The notes below the pieces were generated by a model. The model made no database searches, was not told where the DNA came from, and worked only from the letters and a program-made list of their open reading frames with translations. Positions 62,313-64,000 of a stretch of 64,000 nt of DNA are shown here, one piece after another. Positions within the stretch are counted from its first letter, which is position 1; each line of letters begins with the position of its first letter. The DNA is taken from positions 2,728,001-2,792,000 of the forward strand of contig OZ287068.1 in NCBI GenBank assembly GCA_965645245.1. Direction: 5' to 3'. A program made the translations under genes and the position numbers. Source of the stretch: Massalongia carnosa. Lineage: Eukaryota.

Positions 62313-64000
62313 ATGCCGTTTAAGCTTAAAGGCCTTTTCCGCTCAAGAGAATCAAGGTCGCAATCATCACTGCCGACGCCTCCCCCGCCGATACCTGAAC
62401 AGCCCTGCGGATCCTCCTCACAAGCCGCCGAATCGCAAGACCTAGCCGTCCAACTATCCCAGACGATCATCGGTCCGACATCGACTGCTACAAATATACA
62501 AGCTTCTCCAGCACCCATCGGAGAAGGCCAGAACTATGGCGTCAAAGTGCTGTACGATGGTGGCGTGGAGGCGAGTGTCGATATCGTGTTCGTGCACGGG
62601 TTGACGGGCAATGCGTATAACACCTGGCTTCATAAGGACAAGGGCACAAGGATGCATTGGCCGAGCGAACTTCTGAAACAAGACTTGCCGGATGCACGCA
62701 TTTTGAGCTTTGGCTATGACGCAGATATCGTCAATTTCTGGAACCCAGCATCAAACAGTCGACTGAGCAATCATGCTGAGAATATGGTTGGCGATCTTGT
62801 GCGAAAGCGAGAGAGAACGAATTCAGAAGCCAGAAAGATTCTATTTATTGCTCACAGTCTGGGTGGACTTGTTATTGAGCACGCTCTCGGCTATTCGAGG
62901 AATACCGCAGATAAGTTCCTTCGTCAGATCGAGCGCTGCACGGCTGGGATAGTCTTTCTGGGAGTTCCGCATTGTGGGTCTGATTTAGCATCATGGGCAA
63001 GCTTCGGGACACGAATGATCAATCTCCTCAAACGCTCAAACTCAGACATCGTAGGAGTATTGAAGCCAGGATCCGAAATGCTTCGCATGGTGGGAAATGA
63101 ATTTCAAAACATCCTCAGACTAAGGAAGGATGAAGGGTCTGAGATCTCAATCACATGTTTCTATGAAGAACTTGGTGTTATAGGGGTTGGAGAAGTATGA
63201 ATGTCAATGAATCACACTAGACGTTGATCCTGATTCGTCTAGATTGTGCCTTTACATTCGGCAGAGATTAGGGGTTATAGCTGTTATGGCATTCACGCAA
63301 ATCACATGGTAATTCGGGTGATGTCATCGGTTGTTCTATTTGCTAATCATCATAGGACATGACAAAGTTCTCAAACCGAGAAGATCACGGATACGACGCC
63401 ATTCTAGGTGAACTTCAGCGCTGGGAAAAGTCAGTTCGCAGAGCATTGGGGAATGATCGACAATCAGGTCAGGCTCGAGTCTTTGTTCATATCCCCCGGT
63501 GATTTTACTTAAGACGTCGCAACCACTTTTAGTGGGTGTTGTCGAGAGCTCAGGATTCCTTCGCCTTGAATTCGTTTTTTAGATACTCAAAAGCTGATCT
63601 TCTTGTTTTTGTCAGCGGTGAATAAAGTCATAGATCAGCGAGAAGATACTTCGACCGGCATAAGGACCGAGATGGGTGACCGCAAACGGCTGACGTCGGG
63701 TACGATGGCCGAGCAGGTCTCGAATCAGTTTGGTGACAGTCATGCTCGGACCAGCCAAGTGGTCCAAGGAAACTTCTACAATGCAGTCTTTAGTCAGTCC
63801 TCTCGCCGCTAACGGTGCTTCAAATCTAACCGAGACCCACATTACAAGACCCCAAAACAACAGCGTGGTCAGACTCCACCGGTCAGTAATCTCATAACAT
63901 ATTGAGCCCCCTTGTCCGCTATGAACGCAGACCTTCGATTTACTACAAGACCAGTGACCACCTAACAGCTCCATATAATGTACACAGATTATAAAACGGC
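62313..64000 (+). CDS. Second copy of SesB-NB-ARC(-TPR?) NLR, truncated by the window end
   Basis: Exons 62313-63194, 63243-63308, 63356-63467, 63616-63792, 63849-63881, 63988-; exon 1 protein is identical to the left copy. Confidence 0.88.

Larger units (their letters stand above)
58639..64000 (+). repeat. Right arm of the inverted duplication (with 2.4-kb insertion)
   Basis: Reverse complement of 12208-9264 apart from the insertion at 59426-61870. Confidence 0.97.

Overview
Intron-containing fungal DNA (filamentous ascomycete, inferred from the gene set and short introns with CTAAC/CTGAC branch sites). A ~46 kb core of housekeeping genes (Pol III subunit RPC2, a Pumilio/Puf protein, SF3B2/Cus1, mito-ribosomal RSM27, RNase III, DnaJ, ACBP, SnoaL-like, UBL-WLM protease) lies between two near-identical, outward-facing inverted copies of a fungal NLR immune-receptor gene. 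The NLR comprises a SesB-like alpha/beta-hydrolase, an amyloid-motif-like linker, NB-ARC and ~19 near-identical 41-aa TPR repeats; the right copy runs off the window. The window is rich in transposons. Two IS630-Tc1-like DD38E elements with CACGCGGG termini are flanked by a non-TA (CNNNG) target duplication; one is intact and the other is split by nested Fot1/pogo and hAT elements. There are also two DD34E Tc1 elements, solo LTRs, TIR-only hairpin micro-elements, and TE relics showing a CpC->TpC hypermutation signature. Exon coordinates were derived by eye and are approximate.
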